From Schmidtea polychroa (lineage: Eukaryota), in the NCBI GenBank assembly GCA_044892525.1, contig CM097888.1:68386001-68450000 (forward strand): a stretch of 64,000 nucleotides of DNA, written 5' to 3'. This document shows, piece after piece, positions 43,120 through 57,097 of this stretch. The number at the start of each line of letters is the position of its first letter. The first letter of the stretch is position 1. The position numbers were made by a program, and so were the translations under genes. The notes under the pieces are model-generated. The model was not told where the DNA came from, did not search any database, and worked only from the letters and a program-made list of their open reading frames with translations.

Positions 43120-43894
43120 AAATCTAAAACCGAAAACAACTGCTTTTTTATTTTCTATAATAACTTCGCGATTGATTGATTGATTGTGCCACGCAAATAT
43201 TGTGAGGCCAAATTAACCTACTTTCCGTGGTCGGGTTGAGCTAAAATTTGGCAAGTATATTCGTTGTTGAGAACATCGCATGTAATCAAAATTTTAGATC
43301 GATTGTGGGAAATTTTAAAAATATTGATATGTCAAATCTAGTGTTTTTTCAATATAAATTCTTATCTATTCATTAACTTCGGATTAAAGAGATAACGTAA
43401 TTATATTTTAAATATGTTGAAATTAAGAAAGTGAAATATAGAGAGTTTCAAAAACCATGTTTTTATGGTTGATTTTTTTTTAATCTAAAACCGAAAACAA
43501 CTTTTTTTGAAACACCTACTTTTTGACAAACCCAGTTAATGGCCACAGATGAAAAAAATTCCAATAAGGATTAAGAAATAATAAATTGGGTGGCAGAAAA
43601 CAGCAACTTGTTAGAAAAAATATACAATTTTTCAAAGTTATCATTAAAATAATGATGTTTCAACATTTTAACTGGTAATAATAAGTGGTAATTATTATAA
43701 GTTAATAAAAATCAAGAACTCAAATGTTTTTGGTATGGATATTATCAATCAGATACCCTTCCAGAAATGTTTGGAAAAAAATTAAGTTCCAGTTCGACAT
43801 AGTCAATAAACATTGTCAATCAGTTTAATTTTGAAAAACTCCCAAAAGTAATTTTTATTTGAATGGTTCAAGATTATTATACTAAATAGACTTA

Positions 43895-44105
43895 CCGTAT
43901 ATACTCGCGTATAAATCGAGAAATTTACGTCAAATTTTCAAGTCAAAATAGCCTTATACACTTATACACGGGTCAAAAAACATACAAATTAATTTTTAAT
44001 GAAATCATTAAACCTTTTTTTATTTAAGTTACTTCGACTTATACACGGGTTTCCAATTTAGGACCTAAAAACCTCTTAAAATTTACTCGACTATTATACG
44101 CGAGT
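43895..44105. mobile_element. pogo/Tigger-like MITE with truncated right TIR
   Basis: ta|ccgtatatactcgcgtataa at left; ttatacgcgagta at right. Confidence 0.45.
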
Positions 44106-45707
44106 AAGTCAATTTAAATTAAGTCAATTTATGATAGAAATAGAGGAAATTCTGTTTTTTTATTTACAAGTTTTTCAATAGAGAATTTACATTTTTAAAA
44201 GAAAAAACTAAAGCCGTACCTGATTGATTGCTGTTATTCATCCACGGATAAATGATTCTAGTTTTGTCAGTTAAGTCCTTAAAAAAGAAATATTTTATAT
44301 TATGCTTCTATGTAATTCATAATTTTTACATAAAATATTGTTATCTACTGCAAAAATAAATTTATTATCTTTTAGATCATAAATATTTACCACAAACATT
44401 AATAATAAGTAAGGCGGTTGGAAGACATTCTAAGAATTTTTCCAAGTTATATCATTTATTTGTGTTACTCAAAAATCATTTTATCGTCTTTTTTTCAATT
44501 TATATATTGTTGATTGTCATATTATCTATATTTATGTAATACTTCTAACTTCTAGCTTCCGAGCAAGACATTTGTTATTTTAGCATGAATCACATCATGT
44601 CCAGGCGTCAGATAATCTATGTAAATTTGTACTATTCTTTAAAAACGTACTAAAAATATCATGGAGATAAGAGAAAATATAATCGACCAACAACTTATTG
44701 TAAAATTATTTATACTTACAAATTAATCACTAATTTTACTTTGACCCTTGGATGATATTAGCTCTAACTAGTTGTTTCATATTTGCAATCTGCATCTTAC
44801 TAATGTTCTACATTATAATCTATTCAATTCTAAAACTTCGTAAACATTAAAAAAATATTTGTAATCAAATGCTTTCACAGTTTGTCTATGTTCCAAAACT
44901 TCTTAAGAATATTATTGCTTCTAAAGTGTAAAAACGTCTATCTGATTAATGAGTAAATATCAAAAATTAAAAATCTAATTAATAATATTTTTATTTTAAA
45001 TGATATAATTATGTTGGGGTTTTTCAAATTAAAATTATTTTAAAATAAATTGAATGAAAACCAAATTAAATAGAAATATTTAAATATGTAATGAAATTTA
45101 ATGGAAACATAGTTAAAGGGAAACTGCATAATTAGATATAAAAAGTACAGAAATGCAAATTTTTATAAAATTAATAAATGATTAAATATTAGATTTTGAA
45201 GCTGAAAAGTGGGTTCTAGGTAGAAGAGGTTATTGTGAACAACATAATGTGAATGATTTTGTCAGAAAGTACATAAAAAGTATAAAATGAAAAATATTAA
45301 TTAATTAATTGTAAGAAAAGTTCGTTATGAACAACCTAGAAAATCTACAATTTGGATTTTCGAGGCCAATTATCATGATAACATGATCAATGGTAATTGG
45401 AAAGCCAACTATGCAAACTTCGAAAGATCATTTTTTTCAGATGGCAGCCGAGGAAATTTTCGGACAATGATTGTCAAGAAAAAATTGTTGGATATCATTT
45501 GTCAAACACATTAATTATAGGAATATTTCAGATATATAAAGAGAGGCAAAATCAGAAATTGCAATTTTTGGTAAAGGCGGGGAAGAAGAAACTGAAAGTA
45601 GAAAAGGGGAAAACAATAATTATAAAATTAATCAAAGATTGAAGATATTTTGTAGATTTTTGTAAAAAGGAGATTTTTATCATAAACGGATATTTTATTT
45701 ATTATTT

Positions 45708-45708
<1 letters not shown>

Positions 45709-45756
<48 letters not shown>

Positions 45757-45760
45757 TAAT
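45709..45760. repeat. (TAA)n microsatellite
   Basis: Direct reading of about 17 TAA units. Confidence 0.95.
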
Positions 45761-46718
45761 ATACGTTGGAAGAGTTGATATTTATTAATTGAACACTAGA
45801 AGTCAGAAAATAATTAAAAGGCATTTAAAATTTCAAAAATTATTATGCAGAATTCCTAGAAGAAAATAGATTGAATATCATCAAATTAGCTAATTTTTAA
45901 ATTACAAAAATTTGTTATTAAAATAAATATTTGATTAAAATGGATGTTCTTACTCAATCTAATATCTGCAACAATTTTTATTGGATTGTCGAGACTATAG
46001 CTTCCAGGGTCAACTTAAATATGATCACATCACTAGAGTATAAAGGATACGCTAACTTTTACTAACTATATTACAATAATAATTAATTCTGGTTCATCTT
46101 CCAACTTTTCACCTTCATAATCAGTTAATATAAACAGATGTTTATTCTAGTTCAATACTTTACATACATTCAAAACATTTAAAGACAAAATACCACATGC
46201 ACTAGATTCACTCGAAAATAATAGTTATCATATAAAAGCAGTAAAAAATATAAATTTCCCTAGAATTTCATTCAATAGCCTAAAGAAGGAATAGAGAAAT
46301 GTTGCAAGCTGAATGTTGATGGAAGGATTGTGCTTTTTGATAAACAAGGTTTTGGAAGCAAGTCTTGTAACATTTGGTATTTTGTTTCGTCAATGAATTT
46401 TTCCCCAATGATCATGGTAAATAGTGGTTCTGTTCTTGGTGTATTCATTAGGTTGAATACGGTATGCTCTATATGACACACTCATGTGGGTAGCTTCACA
46501 TTTTAGATGAGTTAGTTTAGTAGATCATCGGTAAAGACAGCCACGATGAAAAATATTGGAGATTTGTGAAGTTGTGATTTCATAGAGGCATAAGTAATGA
46601 AAGTTGACTTGATTTTATTAAAAGTAGCGTTATTTTGTAAAGGCAAACAAATATATATCATTTGTGTTTGAAAAGTGCGTGTGGTATTTTGTCTTTAAAT
46701 GTTTTGCATGAATACATA

Positions 46719-46924
46719 CAGTATTAGCCCGAATATAACGCAACCCCGAATTTTGACATGTATGGTCAAGTTAAAAGTTGTTCTGAAGCTTATTCGCATT
46801 TTGATCTCCGTAGGAGAATGTCGTTATTTAAATTATATTACTTAAACCCCGAATTAAGCGCGAGTCGATTATTTAATAAAAATAAAATGTTAAAAAATGT
46901 CGCGTTATATTCGGGCTAATACAG
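46719..46924. mobile_element. Tc1/mariner-superfamily (pogo/Tigger-like) MITE
   Basis: 23-bp TIRs cagtattagcccgaatataacgc / gcgttatattcgggctaatacag (1 mismatch) flanked by TA. Confidence 0.8.
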
Positions 46925-47137
46925 TAATTATAGTTAAATATAAAGATTATTAAATGTCAGAAATATTTTTAAATTTTCAATTGTTTATTTATTTATTTAC
47001 GAAAGAAGTTCTCTTAATATAATTTTTTGTTTAGAAATAAAGTTTTGTTTTAAGCTAATAATTTCAACTGAGAATTTTCGACTAGGAAATAATTACCTTC
47101 AATAATAATAGTTATATTAATAATAACAATAAGAAAC

Positions 47138-48613
47138 CTGGATGCATTCATTTATACTTTTGAATTGCATTTCTGACAATTCAATATCTTGAACCACGGT
47201 CCAATAACCTTGAGGATTAAGCGTGACAGGCATTGAGAAAGTCATTCCATCGGGCACTCCATACCAGCCTTCCGATGCAATGACAAGTGAATGAATGTAA
47301 CCATTTTCATCTCCATTAATCCATTGCCCGAGGAAAGTAGTAATAGCGGATGCAAGAGCCAGTGGAGTTCCTAAGCCATTGTTTAAATCGGAAATCTCTT
47401 GAAACCGATTCAAAGTCAATGATTTCATTTCATTTTTCAGCCACTTTTTATCCCAAATCGTTTTCATTACGGACAGCGAGAATGGCTCGGGTCCCATGAC
47501 CGAACCATCAAACCTATGTACCCGACTGTTGTTGATATCAATGAATATCTTGCCACCGATATTGCCCCACACGATATTGTTGTGGACATTCGACGGGTTG
47601 ACATTGAGTTTCTTAGCGACAACCGAGCGCACCTGCTGCTCAACAGTTCTCGACAATCCGACGACATTGAATTTCGGGATCCGTTGCAGCATTCGATGAA
47701 TGGAAATCAGATTGATATTGAGGTAGCTGATGGATTTGGTCGGTACGAGTAACACTTTAACGTCGAGCATGCAATATTTCTCGATGAAATTGCCGATATA
47801 TTCATAATACTCCTGGTTGGTTTTCATCCACTGAATATATTCATCGGGATCTGCTGGCGGATCGTTTCGATCATCGAATATCACAACCAATGAACTGTCG
47901 GCAAAGGCGGCCTCGGAATTGTCGGTGATCGAGATCGATCTCACCAATCGATAGGCTAAATCGAATGTTCCCATTTGCAGGCTCTTCAGAATCGGTAGGT
48001 GTTCGGTTTTATCGACAAATACGATGGCCAATTCTGTGTTTGCGTTGATGACATCACCGCGAGACAAAGAGAGAACGAAATGCGGAACGGCTTCATTCAC
48101 TGCGCCGACAATTACGACTTTAGTCGGCGTTGACAGTGCTTTGAATTCTCGGATTTCTTTATCTTCATTTTCTTTAAAACGAATATTATCTAAAGCAATA
48201 TCTTGCATATGAGATGATGTGAAATCTGATATGACATTATAGTAGCATTTGATGTACTCTTGAAATTCATTGGCACCACCAATCAAGTGTCCTTTGCCAC
48301 CTCGATCAACAAGTTCCCGCCATATTATTGGTGAGTCTTTTATATTCCAATTGTTTGCTTTGCACAATTCACTTGACCAAGCCTACATTTTATTCAATTG
48401 ATCTTTATTAACAAATATTTAGTATATAAATTACACTCCATTCTTTTCTTGTTTTCACTATTTTGTGCACGTGAAAATTCGGAACATTTATTTTTAAATT
48501 GTCAGCTAATAATTCTACTTTAGCAAAATATGGACAATCAGAGCAACCTTTAAATAAAACTGAATCAAAAATAATTAATTTGTTTTATAACCTGCTACTA
48601 CAATTTTGGCCAT
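47138..48613 (-). CDS. MDH1B: Malate dehydrogenase 1B-like protein, spliced host gene (last exon not resolved)
   Basis: Exons 48613-48592, 48547-48435 and 48382-47138 (GT-AG, phases consistent) give MAKIVVAGCSDCPYFAKVELLAD...SPIIWRELVDRGGKGHLIGGANEF, the MDH1B N-terminus, followed by an MDH-like fold (WGNIGG, GWYGVPDGMTFSMPV). Candidate tiny last exon 46279-46268. Confidence 0.9.
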
Positions 48614-49924
48614 TTAAATAAATTATATTATAGTTACTAAGTTAGATAATATTTAATATTACAAAACAAATGATTTATTTAACATACTTTCAATTTATTA
48701 AATAATATGATCGAAAAGCTACTTGAAATTTCATTTTTAAATATTATTTTATTAACTTTTTCTAATGTATTATGTGGTTAAAAATAATAATTTTTATTCA
48801 TTTAATAAAGTTTAAATTAATATAATAAAGTGACTTTAAAATTTGTCTTTGTGTATTTGTAGGTAAATGAATTTCATTTGGGTAAAGCAGTGCCATAGGA
48901 AGGTCTTTTTGCGCCCAGGACAGGGGTTAAATTTAGCGCCTTCTAAGACCTCACAAAACTAATAAATACGTAATACCTGGGGTTCTAATGTGTTGTGATA
49001 GGTTAATTTGTAAAAGTCTAAGTGCTGGACTTTCGTCGTCAATTAGAATTTATCCGCTTTTGTGTGGTGGTGGCTAATATACAAACCAACATCAAACGTT
49101 ACAAATCCAAAAAAACTTTCGCCACTTATTGAATAAGTCAAAATGACGACGAAATAGTAGTTTTTTATATATTTACAGCTATATGGTGAACGATTTTTCT
49201 CAAAATTATAGCATCATTTTGGCGCTCATGGAAACAGCTTTGAGCTAAAGGTAAGTTAAACTGAATTTATTTCATTAATTAATTTGTTATTTAAAGTTTA
49301 TTCAACTTTATAAAATATCCTATAAATTAAGAATATTTCAAGTCATATATTATGGGAAATAGACGAAATACAAAAAAGAAGTTATGTTGTTATTTAATAG
49401 AATTTACCGATGGAAATAGTCTGCAAATATTTGGCAGTTTAATAGCATGTTTAAGTGTTGCCATAGCCAGTAAAACAAGTTTTATGAAACTCATACAAAC
49501 TGTTGTGAATATTTTGTCCATTAAAGATCAGTTTAAAGTTCCAGTTTTGGAATACCTCAATTTGTTGAATAAAATTTACTAACGAAATAATTTCAATGCC
49601 ATGATCTAATTTCAAAGCCAATTCAAATATTTTATGGAAATGATTAAATTTCATCAATAAAAATTTCATCTGCATAAAGTGAAAGCTAAAAAATTATATT
49701 TAAAACAACAAAAATTACATTAAAATAATTCAAATAATTATGACCTTAAAGGCGATAAGTTCAGGTAACCCTCGAAAAACGCGGGACTTGAATTTCGTTT
49801 TTATCAAACTTCTTTTTAAAATAAAATGGAACCAATCGAAAGTAAATTTAGATTTGTTGCAACGAAACTGGTTCGAAGGAAAATTTAAAGTATTCTTACA
49901 ATTCGATGAAGTTTTCATGTAAGC

Positions 49925-52735
49925 CAGGCATGAGCAACTTGTTTTTGTTAGGGGCCAGTTCAGTCTTTGAAAATGTTTCGGGGGCCGGATGTATTTAGCA
50001 CGAATTTATTAATATATATTCCAATAATATATCTTTTTAATAGCAAAGATCATTTAAATTTACATGATTAGGCATATATTATATATTATACATTATATAT
50101 TATATACTATATACTAGTTGTTATTGGAAGGCAAAATATACAAACTATGAAAATACCCAAATTTAACTTTAATAATCCCATATTTATAGTTTATTTACTC
50201 GCACAAACTCTGGATTGTTCGAATTTATATTTTTTATATTTTTTATTTACTTGCATATACCCAACATATCAATATCAATCTTGACATTTGACACTTCTTA
50301 TCACGACATAAATCTGAAATATTTGCCTTGATAGTTGATGTTGCTACTCGTAATTCGTTTGACAAGTTATCATCAGTGAGCCGACATCTGTTTTTGCACT
50401 TTGTTTGTTTCATCTTAGAAAAGAATTGTTCACAGATGTAAGTGCTGGGGAAAAGTGAGACCATTTTCAGCGCATGATATCGGATTGATGGAAACGCTTT
50501 CTGAGAAATGTAGAGTTTGTAGAATTGAATCAAAGAGACGTCACGAAACTTTCTTTCCAGATCGCCATTACATTGCAATTCAATGAGCTCCATTTGCATT
50601 GATTCTGGTGCTGTCTCAACATTAACACTGAATGGTTCAGAAAATAGTTTGAAATCATTTTCATGTTCGGCGAAATCAGCAAATCTTGAAGAAAACTGTG
50701 TTTTCAATGCAATTATGTGTTCATTAAATTTCTTCGTGTTAGCTAAATTTGCAACATTTTTGCAATCAGTTAGATTTGGAAAATGCACCGTAATGTCCTT
50801 TGATAATTGATTCTCCCATAGTTTTAGCTTTGTCAGAAATCCTTTGATATGATCGTAAAGATTATTTATCAGTTGATCCCGGCCTTGTAACTTCGTGTTT
50901 AGATCATTCAGATGCGTTGTGATGTCAACCAAAAAGGCCAAGTCAAGTAGCCAATTTGCATCGGATAACTCTGGAATTGGTTTCGACTTCATCTCCATAA
51001 AAAGTTTAATTTCTTCACGAAGGAAATAAAAGCGATGCAATACTTTTCCTCTGCTCAGCCAGCGAACTTCGCTAAAGTAAATTACATCCGAGTATTCTGT
51101 CTCAATGCTAGTGAGAAACTCTTTGAATTGTCGATGATTCAATCCACGTGATCTTATGAAATTCACGGTTTTCACAACAACTGTCATCACATGGTCCATC
51201 TTTAGTTCTTTTACACATAAAGTCTCTTGGTGGATTATGCAATGTGATGCAATTAATTGCTCACTTCCTTTCATTTTAACTAGCTCCGCCTTTAATAAAC
51301 CAACTACTCCATTTTTTATTCCAACCATTGCCGGAGCTCCGTCTATCGTTATTCCTGTTAGTTTTGGAAGAAAAAGCCCGTTTTCTGCCAATGCAGTTTT
51401 GATTTCATCAAAAACATCTTCTCCAGTTGTAGTCCCTTTCATGCTCGCTAATTTCAACAGTTCTTCCGTAACGTGGAAGTCCTCATCAACCCCACGCACA
51501 AAAATTGCTAACTGCGCGGTGTCTGTCATATCCGTGCTTTCATCAAGGCATATTGAATATGCTTGAAATAGTTCAGCTTTTTCTTTCAAGATTGTTTCAA
51601 TGTTTTTTGCAATATCATCAATTCGTCTTACGATTGTAAATCGAGAAAGGCTGATATTCGAGAAAAGTTGATTTTTTTCGGGACAGATACAATCCACAGC
51701 AGCATCAATGCATTCTTTGACAAACTCCCCATCAGAAAACGGTTTCAGTTTCTTGGCAATTATCTCACTTATCATTAAACTCGCCTTCACAACACACTCA
51801 ACATCTTTATTAACTTTGATAAAGAATGTCTGTTGCCCTAGAAGTGCTTTTCGGAGAGATTCGATCCTATCTTTCCTTAATTGTCCCTGTATCTGATCGA
51901 ACTTTTCTGCATGCTGAGTCTGGTAATGCCGTCTTACATTAAATTCCTTTATAACGGAAATTGATTGCGAGCAAACAAGACAAACGAGCATATTGTTTGA
52001 TTCTACAAACAGATAATCCGATGTCCACTTATCATTAAATACTCGGTGTTCACTGTCAACTTTTCGTTTTTTTGTAATAGTGCTCATCCTCAACTGTGGC
52101 TCATCAGAATTATTGGAAATATCAGTGGAATGTTGCCCATGCCTGATTTATATGAACACAATGAAAAATAAATAAATATTCAACTTACATTTTTATTTAA
52201 AAATTGTAAATTTCAAATGAAAATAATTTGATAAAATAAACAAATCTTTTAAAAGTAATTATTAAAACGAGAAGGAATAATATTAAATTAGATAAACCAA
52301 AAACAAATACTGAAATCCTTAATTAGCTTATTTCATCTATTACTACATTTATAAACCTATATCATTTTTGATAAATGATGAGAATTACAAACTTTATCGA
52401 TAGAAAATTTCTTTTACGATTTATAGTTTAAGATTTATAAATATTTTGCAATAAAATTCGGTCTTCGCTTATGAGATTTTATATTACTGAATCTTGTTCA
52501 TAGACAAAAGATGTTTTCATGTTTATGCTAATCTATAATGAGAATGTCATAATTAAAAAGTTTACTGCTGCACCACCACGCTTATATTAAATGCGTATTT
52601 GTACTAATGGTGTAGCTCTAACGTCAAATGCATACATTCCTGAAAGCTTATCAAGGGCCTGGTTATATGGTGTGGATCAATGAACACTGGGGGCCAGTCA
52701 AAAGAGGCTCGCGGGCCGTATGTTGCTCATGCCTG
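49925..52735 (-). mobile_element. Intact autonomous hAT DNA transposon (Charlie/SPIN/GTF2IRD2-like)
   Basis: 14-bp TIRs caggcatgagcaac / gttgctcatgcctg; 8-bp TSD ATGTAAGC (49917-49924 and 52736-52743); full transposase ORF. Confidence 0.95.
50243..52093 (-). CDS. hAT transposase
   Basis: KKRKVDSEHRVF, zinc finger CLVC...RRHY..QH, LDESTD, IDGAPAM, CIIHQ, VRWLS, STYICEQFFS. First ATG at 52087. Confidence 0.93.
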   Translation of the reverse strand: MRMSTITKKRKVDSEHRVFNDKWTSDYLFVESNNMLVCLVCSQSISVIKEFNVRRHYQTQHAEKFDQIQGQLRKDRIESLRKALLGQQTFFIKVNKDVECVVKASLMISEIIAKKLKPFSDGEFVKECIDAAVDCICPEKNQLFSNISLSRFTIVRRIDDIAKNIETILKEKAELFQAYSICLDESTDMTDTAQLAIFVRGVDEDFHVTEELLKLASMKGTTTGEDVFDEIKTALAENGLFLPKLTGITIDGAPAMVGIKNGVVGLLKAELVKMKGSEQLIASHCIIHQETLCVKELKMDHVMTVVVKTVNFIRSRGLNHRQFKEFLTSIETEYSDVIYFSEVRWLSRGKVLHRFYFLREEIKLFMEMKSKPIPELSDANWLLDLAFLVDITTHLNDLNTKLQGRDQLINNLYDHIKGFLTKLKLWENQLSKDITVHFPNLTDCKNVANLANTKKFNEHIIALKTQFSSRFADFAEHENDFKLFSEPFSVNVETAPESMQMELIELQCNGDLERKFRDVSLIQFYKLYISQKAFPSIRYHALKMVSLFPSTYICEQFFSKMKQTKCKNRCRLTDDNLSNELRVATSTIKANISDLCRDKKCQMSRLILICWVYASK

Positions 52736-53695
52736 ATGTAAGCAGATATAAATTGGCAAGATACAAAATTTATCTATTAACTGAAAAATTTAGTAGAACC
52801 CTCCCAATTTTTAGTTTCAACGTCTGATAATATTTGCGAAAATTGGAAAATTTAATTAACTAGGAAATTCCTAGAAATTATTTTCAGTTCACAAATCCTA
52901 ATTAATATTTTTTTACAATTAAAATTTATAAATTGTTAATAAAATATTTTATTTTCCTAAAAATATGCCTAATATATTATTTATTATAAACAATTTCTGA
53001 ATTATACGGATACATTAAGAGATTCAATTTTATGAATATTACATCTGAATTACAATCTTTTTATTATTATCATTTGTTATTCATTTACTGTATTGAGTGC
53101 AAATATGTTTATGTCATTTCATTTGGACTTCCATTAAAACAAAATAATTGCAAGAATATTAATAAAAATAATTACTATTATTTGGTTTGATAATTTAGAA
53201 TAATGATTAGAAAAAAGATAAAAATTAAATTTTTCATTTATAAATAAATCTGATGTATTGTAATTAAAATAAATGTTAATATTTCAATGAGAAAAAATTA
53301 TTTTTTTAAAAAATTTATCAGTAGAGTTGAGTTTAAATATATTGATGTCTTCAATAAAAATTTAATTTAACGAAATCATTCAGAGTAATTTCTTTCTGAG
53401 AGAAATTTTTTTTCTCACTTTTTGGTTAAATGTTTTTTATGCTTTCGTGTTTGGTCAATCTTAACAATGTCTTTCAGAAAAAAAATTAATGTCAGTAACC
53501 ATAATAGACTATAAATATTTTTGACTAATTTTTAATTAATTTTTCTTAAAAGTTTTCAGATGTTGTTTTGATAACACAATGTATTGATGTATTGATAACA
53601 CAATTTAGAGATCCGTTAATGTGAAAACAAAATATGGATGAGTAAAAAAAATTAGTGGAATAATTCTTTATGACTTTTTCCAAAGATGTGATATA

Positions 53696-54604
53696 TTTTG
53701 AGGAAACCTAAATGACAAATTATAAATAAATATATAAAATTACTTGGGGGAAGATCGTCACGACAAACGGGACGATCCATGAGAACTCAAAAAAGAAAAC
53801 AGTAGTAAAAAGAAATGAGAAAGAGGAATGAAACAAAAGAAATCAGACATGAAAGCAAAACAAAGGTCAGAGTTAATTTTTTAAATCGAATTTTTTGAAT
53901 TTTGAAATCGGAAAAATAGAAAAACAACAATATTCGTATCTCGATAGCTTGTCAGAGATAAGGGAAACAAAACAAAAACATGTCGGAGCCGCAAAAGAAA
54001 AATTAGAAAGAATTGCGACATCTGTCAGAGATTACTCGGTCGCACAAAAAACTGAGAAATCAGGTTGGAGAAAAAAATCTGGAATTGAAGATAAACTGAA
54101 GTGCCACAAATTGACAAGGTATAAAAGGAGGTGGCACAGCAGAAGCAAGCAGAAAAACTATAGAGAGGACAATTTAGAAAATTAAGAGAACGTTGGAGAA
54201 TTGTATTAGCAAACAGGTTGGAGAAACCGTTGAGAGTACAATTTGGAAGAAAAATTTGAATAAAACTGAAGTAGAGAAACTAAAGAAAAGCAGCCAGAGT
54301 TATTTAGTTGATAATATAGTAAAGTTAGGCAAGTAAGCCAAGTCAAAAAGAAAAAACAACCAGTTAAAATTACCAATTATTATACTCCTCAGTTGTGATT
54401 AGTCAGATCAAGGTTATACAAGTGTGCTATTATAGTGTTGTAATAAGCACGGTATAATAGTTAGCTTGTTGAGTCAATTGTATCATTGTGAAAATATTTT
54501 TGACATTCAAAAAAGTTTCCAGTGTTAATTGTTATTTGTGGGTCAGTCAAAGACACGCTTGGAGTCAGAGTAAGAATTTTAATTTTATCACCAACTCAAT
54601 AACA
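53696..54604 (+). repeat. Solo-LTR-like dispersed repeat (an inverted partial copy lies at ~57110-57555)
   Basis: 53700-54000 aligns by eye with the reverse complement of 57200-57555 (e.g. aattacttgggggaagatcgtcacgacaaacggg vs aattactttggggaaaatcgtcatgacaaacagg). Ends in aaca; TSD not found. Confidence 0.35.
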
Positions 54605-56087
54605 TATTAAACGAATTATTTAAACGTACAAAAGACGAACAATTAAATTGGTAGACATCTAACAATCAAATAAAAGATGAACAAATATGCAAATATTGCA
54701 GCAGTCGAATATTGTTGAAGAAGCAGGACATAGATATCGATGGTTATGAATAGTTACATGTATTCATTATCAGACAACAAAATCAATATTTCTCTCTTAT
54801 TATATCTTAAATTTGTGTATTTAATAATATTTTCTTTTTGTTCTCTATGGATTTTTTTAATTAAATTAAATTTCTTCTAGGGGTTGAATATACTTGTTCT
54901 CGGTCAGGGATCGGAATATACACAATCCGCATGATTTAACAAAATTCAAAAAAACTAATAATTGAAGTAAACAAATGAATATTTTACGTGAGAAACGGAC
55001 ATAAGCAGACTACACAAAACAGTCGAAAATAAATGAAGGGAGAAAATAATAGGTTAAATTGAGAGAAAAAAATTAAAAAAAGAGAAAAAAGTTTTCATGA
55101 GAGAAATCAGATTCAGACAAAGATTAAAAAAAGAATTTGTCAAACATTTGAAAAATGACGAGTGTAATTCACAATAATAATAATAAAGGTTGAGTTATTA
55201 TTTGATCAAGAACAAGTGGAGTTTGATTAACCGAAATATCCTACCGAGTTTTAATCACAGCACAACACTTAACAAAATCAATATTTTATTATTGAAATTT
55301 TTTTTAATAGTTTTTTTTTCAATATAATTTTTAAGCCAAATTTTCATAAGAAAATAGCTCGAAAATTAAATCATTTATTTAAACAATTTATTTTTTGGCA
55401 ATTTCATTTATTTTCTTACATTGGTTTATCATAATTAAATTTTATTTCATTGAAATATTTTTTTAAAGAATTATCAAGAAAGAAAATAATAATTAAAATT
55501 TATCAGAAATATTTTTCATTTGAAATCATTAACACCTGATTCACAGTCCAATTAAAACACAGTCCACAAGAAATAATTAATATAAAAATAATAATTGCAG
55601 TCCAATTAAAAGCTGCAAAAGAAATCAAATCAAAGAGAGAATTCCTCATATCCATGCGAAACAACAATTGATTTCGAAAAAAAACATTTTTTCTTTCTAA
55701 TGATCTATGACTAACAAATTGTTTTTATTTTGAGACTATTTGGAATTTGAAATTTTTAAAAATTTTAAAAATTTTTTTAAAGTTTACAAAATTTCGCGAA
55801 AACTTTGATTATGTTGGATTTTGAAATTTGTTAAAGATTGGAGATAAATTTAATTCTAAATAAAGATTTTACAGTTTTTTTAAATTAAATAGCTATTTTA
55901 GAAATAAAACCTAGGACATAGCTATTCTGGTAGCCATACTTTACTGAAACGGAGTAAGCACAGAAAATTTGCAAAAGAAAACTCGGATCAAATGCAGTTT
56001 TTCCACCCATTTGGACTCAACGGCAGCTCCCAACCCATAATTAAAATAAACAAAATTAAATAAAATCAATTATAAGTTTAATCCCTA

Positions 56088-56520
56088 ATGTTTAACGAAC
56101 CAGATTTAGAATCAATAATAATAAGAAAAAATGTCGATGAAATTATACAGTGGTGCCTGGAACAGAATTTGCTTAGAAAAGAATTCTTTTGCTTGGAATG
56201 ATTGTTTAGGTAGATGAGACTATGCTAAATTATAAGTGTAAGTCTCATCGTGGACGACGCGCCGAAAATAGAACCGATTCACTATGTATTGTTGACGTTG
56301 GAGATCATATAACAAGAATCTGTGCAAGAGTAATACCAGATAAAACAGTTGCAACAATTGTTGTAATAATTCTAGATCAAGTAGCGGCAAACAATGTTAT
56401 TCATGCTGATGACCATATGTCTTATTGGAATTCATATATCATCAAAATAATGTAAACACTCAAGCCATTGAATCTTTCCATAATGAAATGAAATTGGAAA
56501 TTAAAAGACGAAAGGTGTGA
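56088..56520 (+). pseudogene. Degenerate Merlin/IS1595-like transposase
   Basis: WCLEQNLL..F.C N-terminus, IPDKTVATI...IHADD..SY, and NTQAIESF..K..IKRRK, broken by stops and deletions. Confidence 0.55.
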
Positions 56521-56839
56521 ATAATGATTTAGGGCCGTTGTTTTTAATTGAATTTTGTTATTATTTTAACAATAAGTCTCATTATGTATAAGCATTAATA
56601 AATTTAATTAAAATAAATTAATTCAAATCTAAATTATTTTATTTTTAAATTTTTCATTTTTTATTTTTTAATTATTGAATTAATTTTATTTATTTTCCTC
56701 AACTGCAGTTGATCCTTTTGTCTCATTCCTTATAAAATTGTATGTTACATTTCTAATCTAAATAAAATAAGATTTATGCATTTATTTATTTTTTTTATAA
56801 TGATTAATTCAACTTTAACTCAACTTTGACTCACTTATC

Positions 56840-57097
56840 AAAAAGATTCGTCATTACTGGCCTGTAATAAAGTTTTCGGATCAACTGCAGATTGTAAGAC
56901 CACGTCATCCTTTTTTATCTCTTGACTTACCGTCAGGCCTAAACTTTGCAGACACTTTGCACTCCGGGCAGAACAATTCTTTTTTCAGCAAATTCTGTTC
57001 TAGACACCACTGTATAATTCCATCGACATTTTTTCTTATTATTATTGATTCTAAATCTGGTTCGTTAAACATTAGGGATTAAACTTATAATTGATTT
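56840..57097 (-). pseudogene. Second, inverted Merlin-like transposase 5' fragment
   Basis: Reverse complement of 56063-56190, continuing into WCLEQNLLKKELFCPECK (zinc ribbon). Confidence 0.5.

Noticed and set aside
49352-49920. Older hAT-like transposase remnant interrupted by the intact hAT
   Set aside because: Fragments are too short and degenerate to assign.
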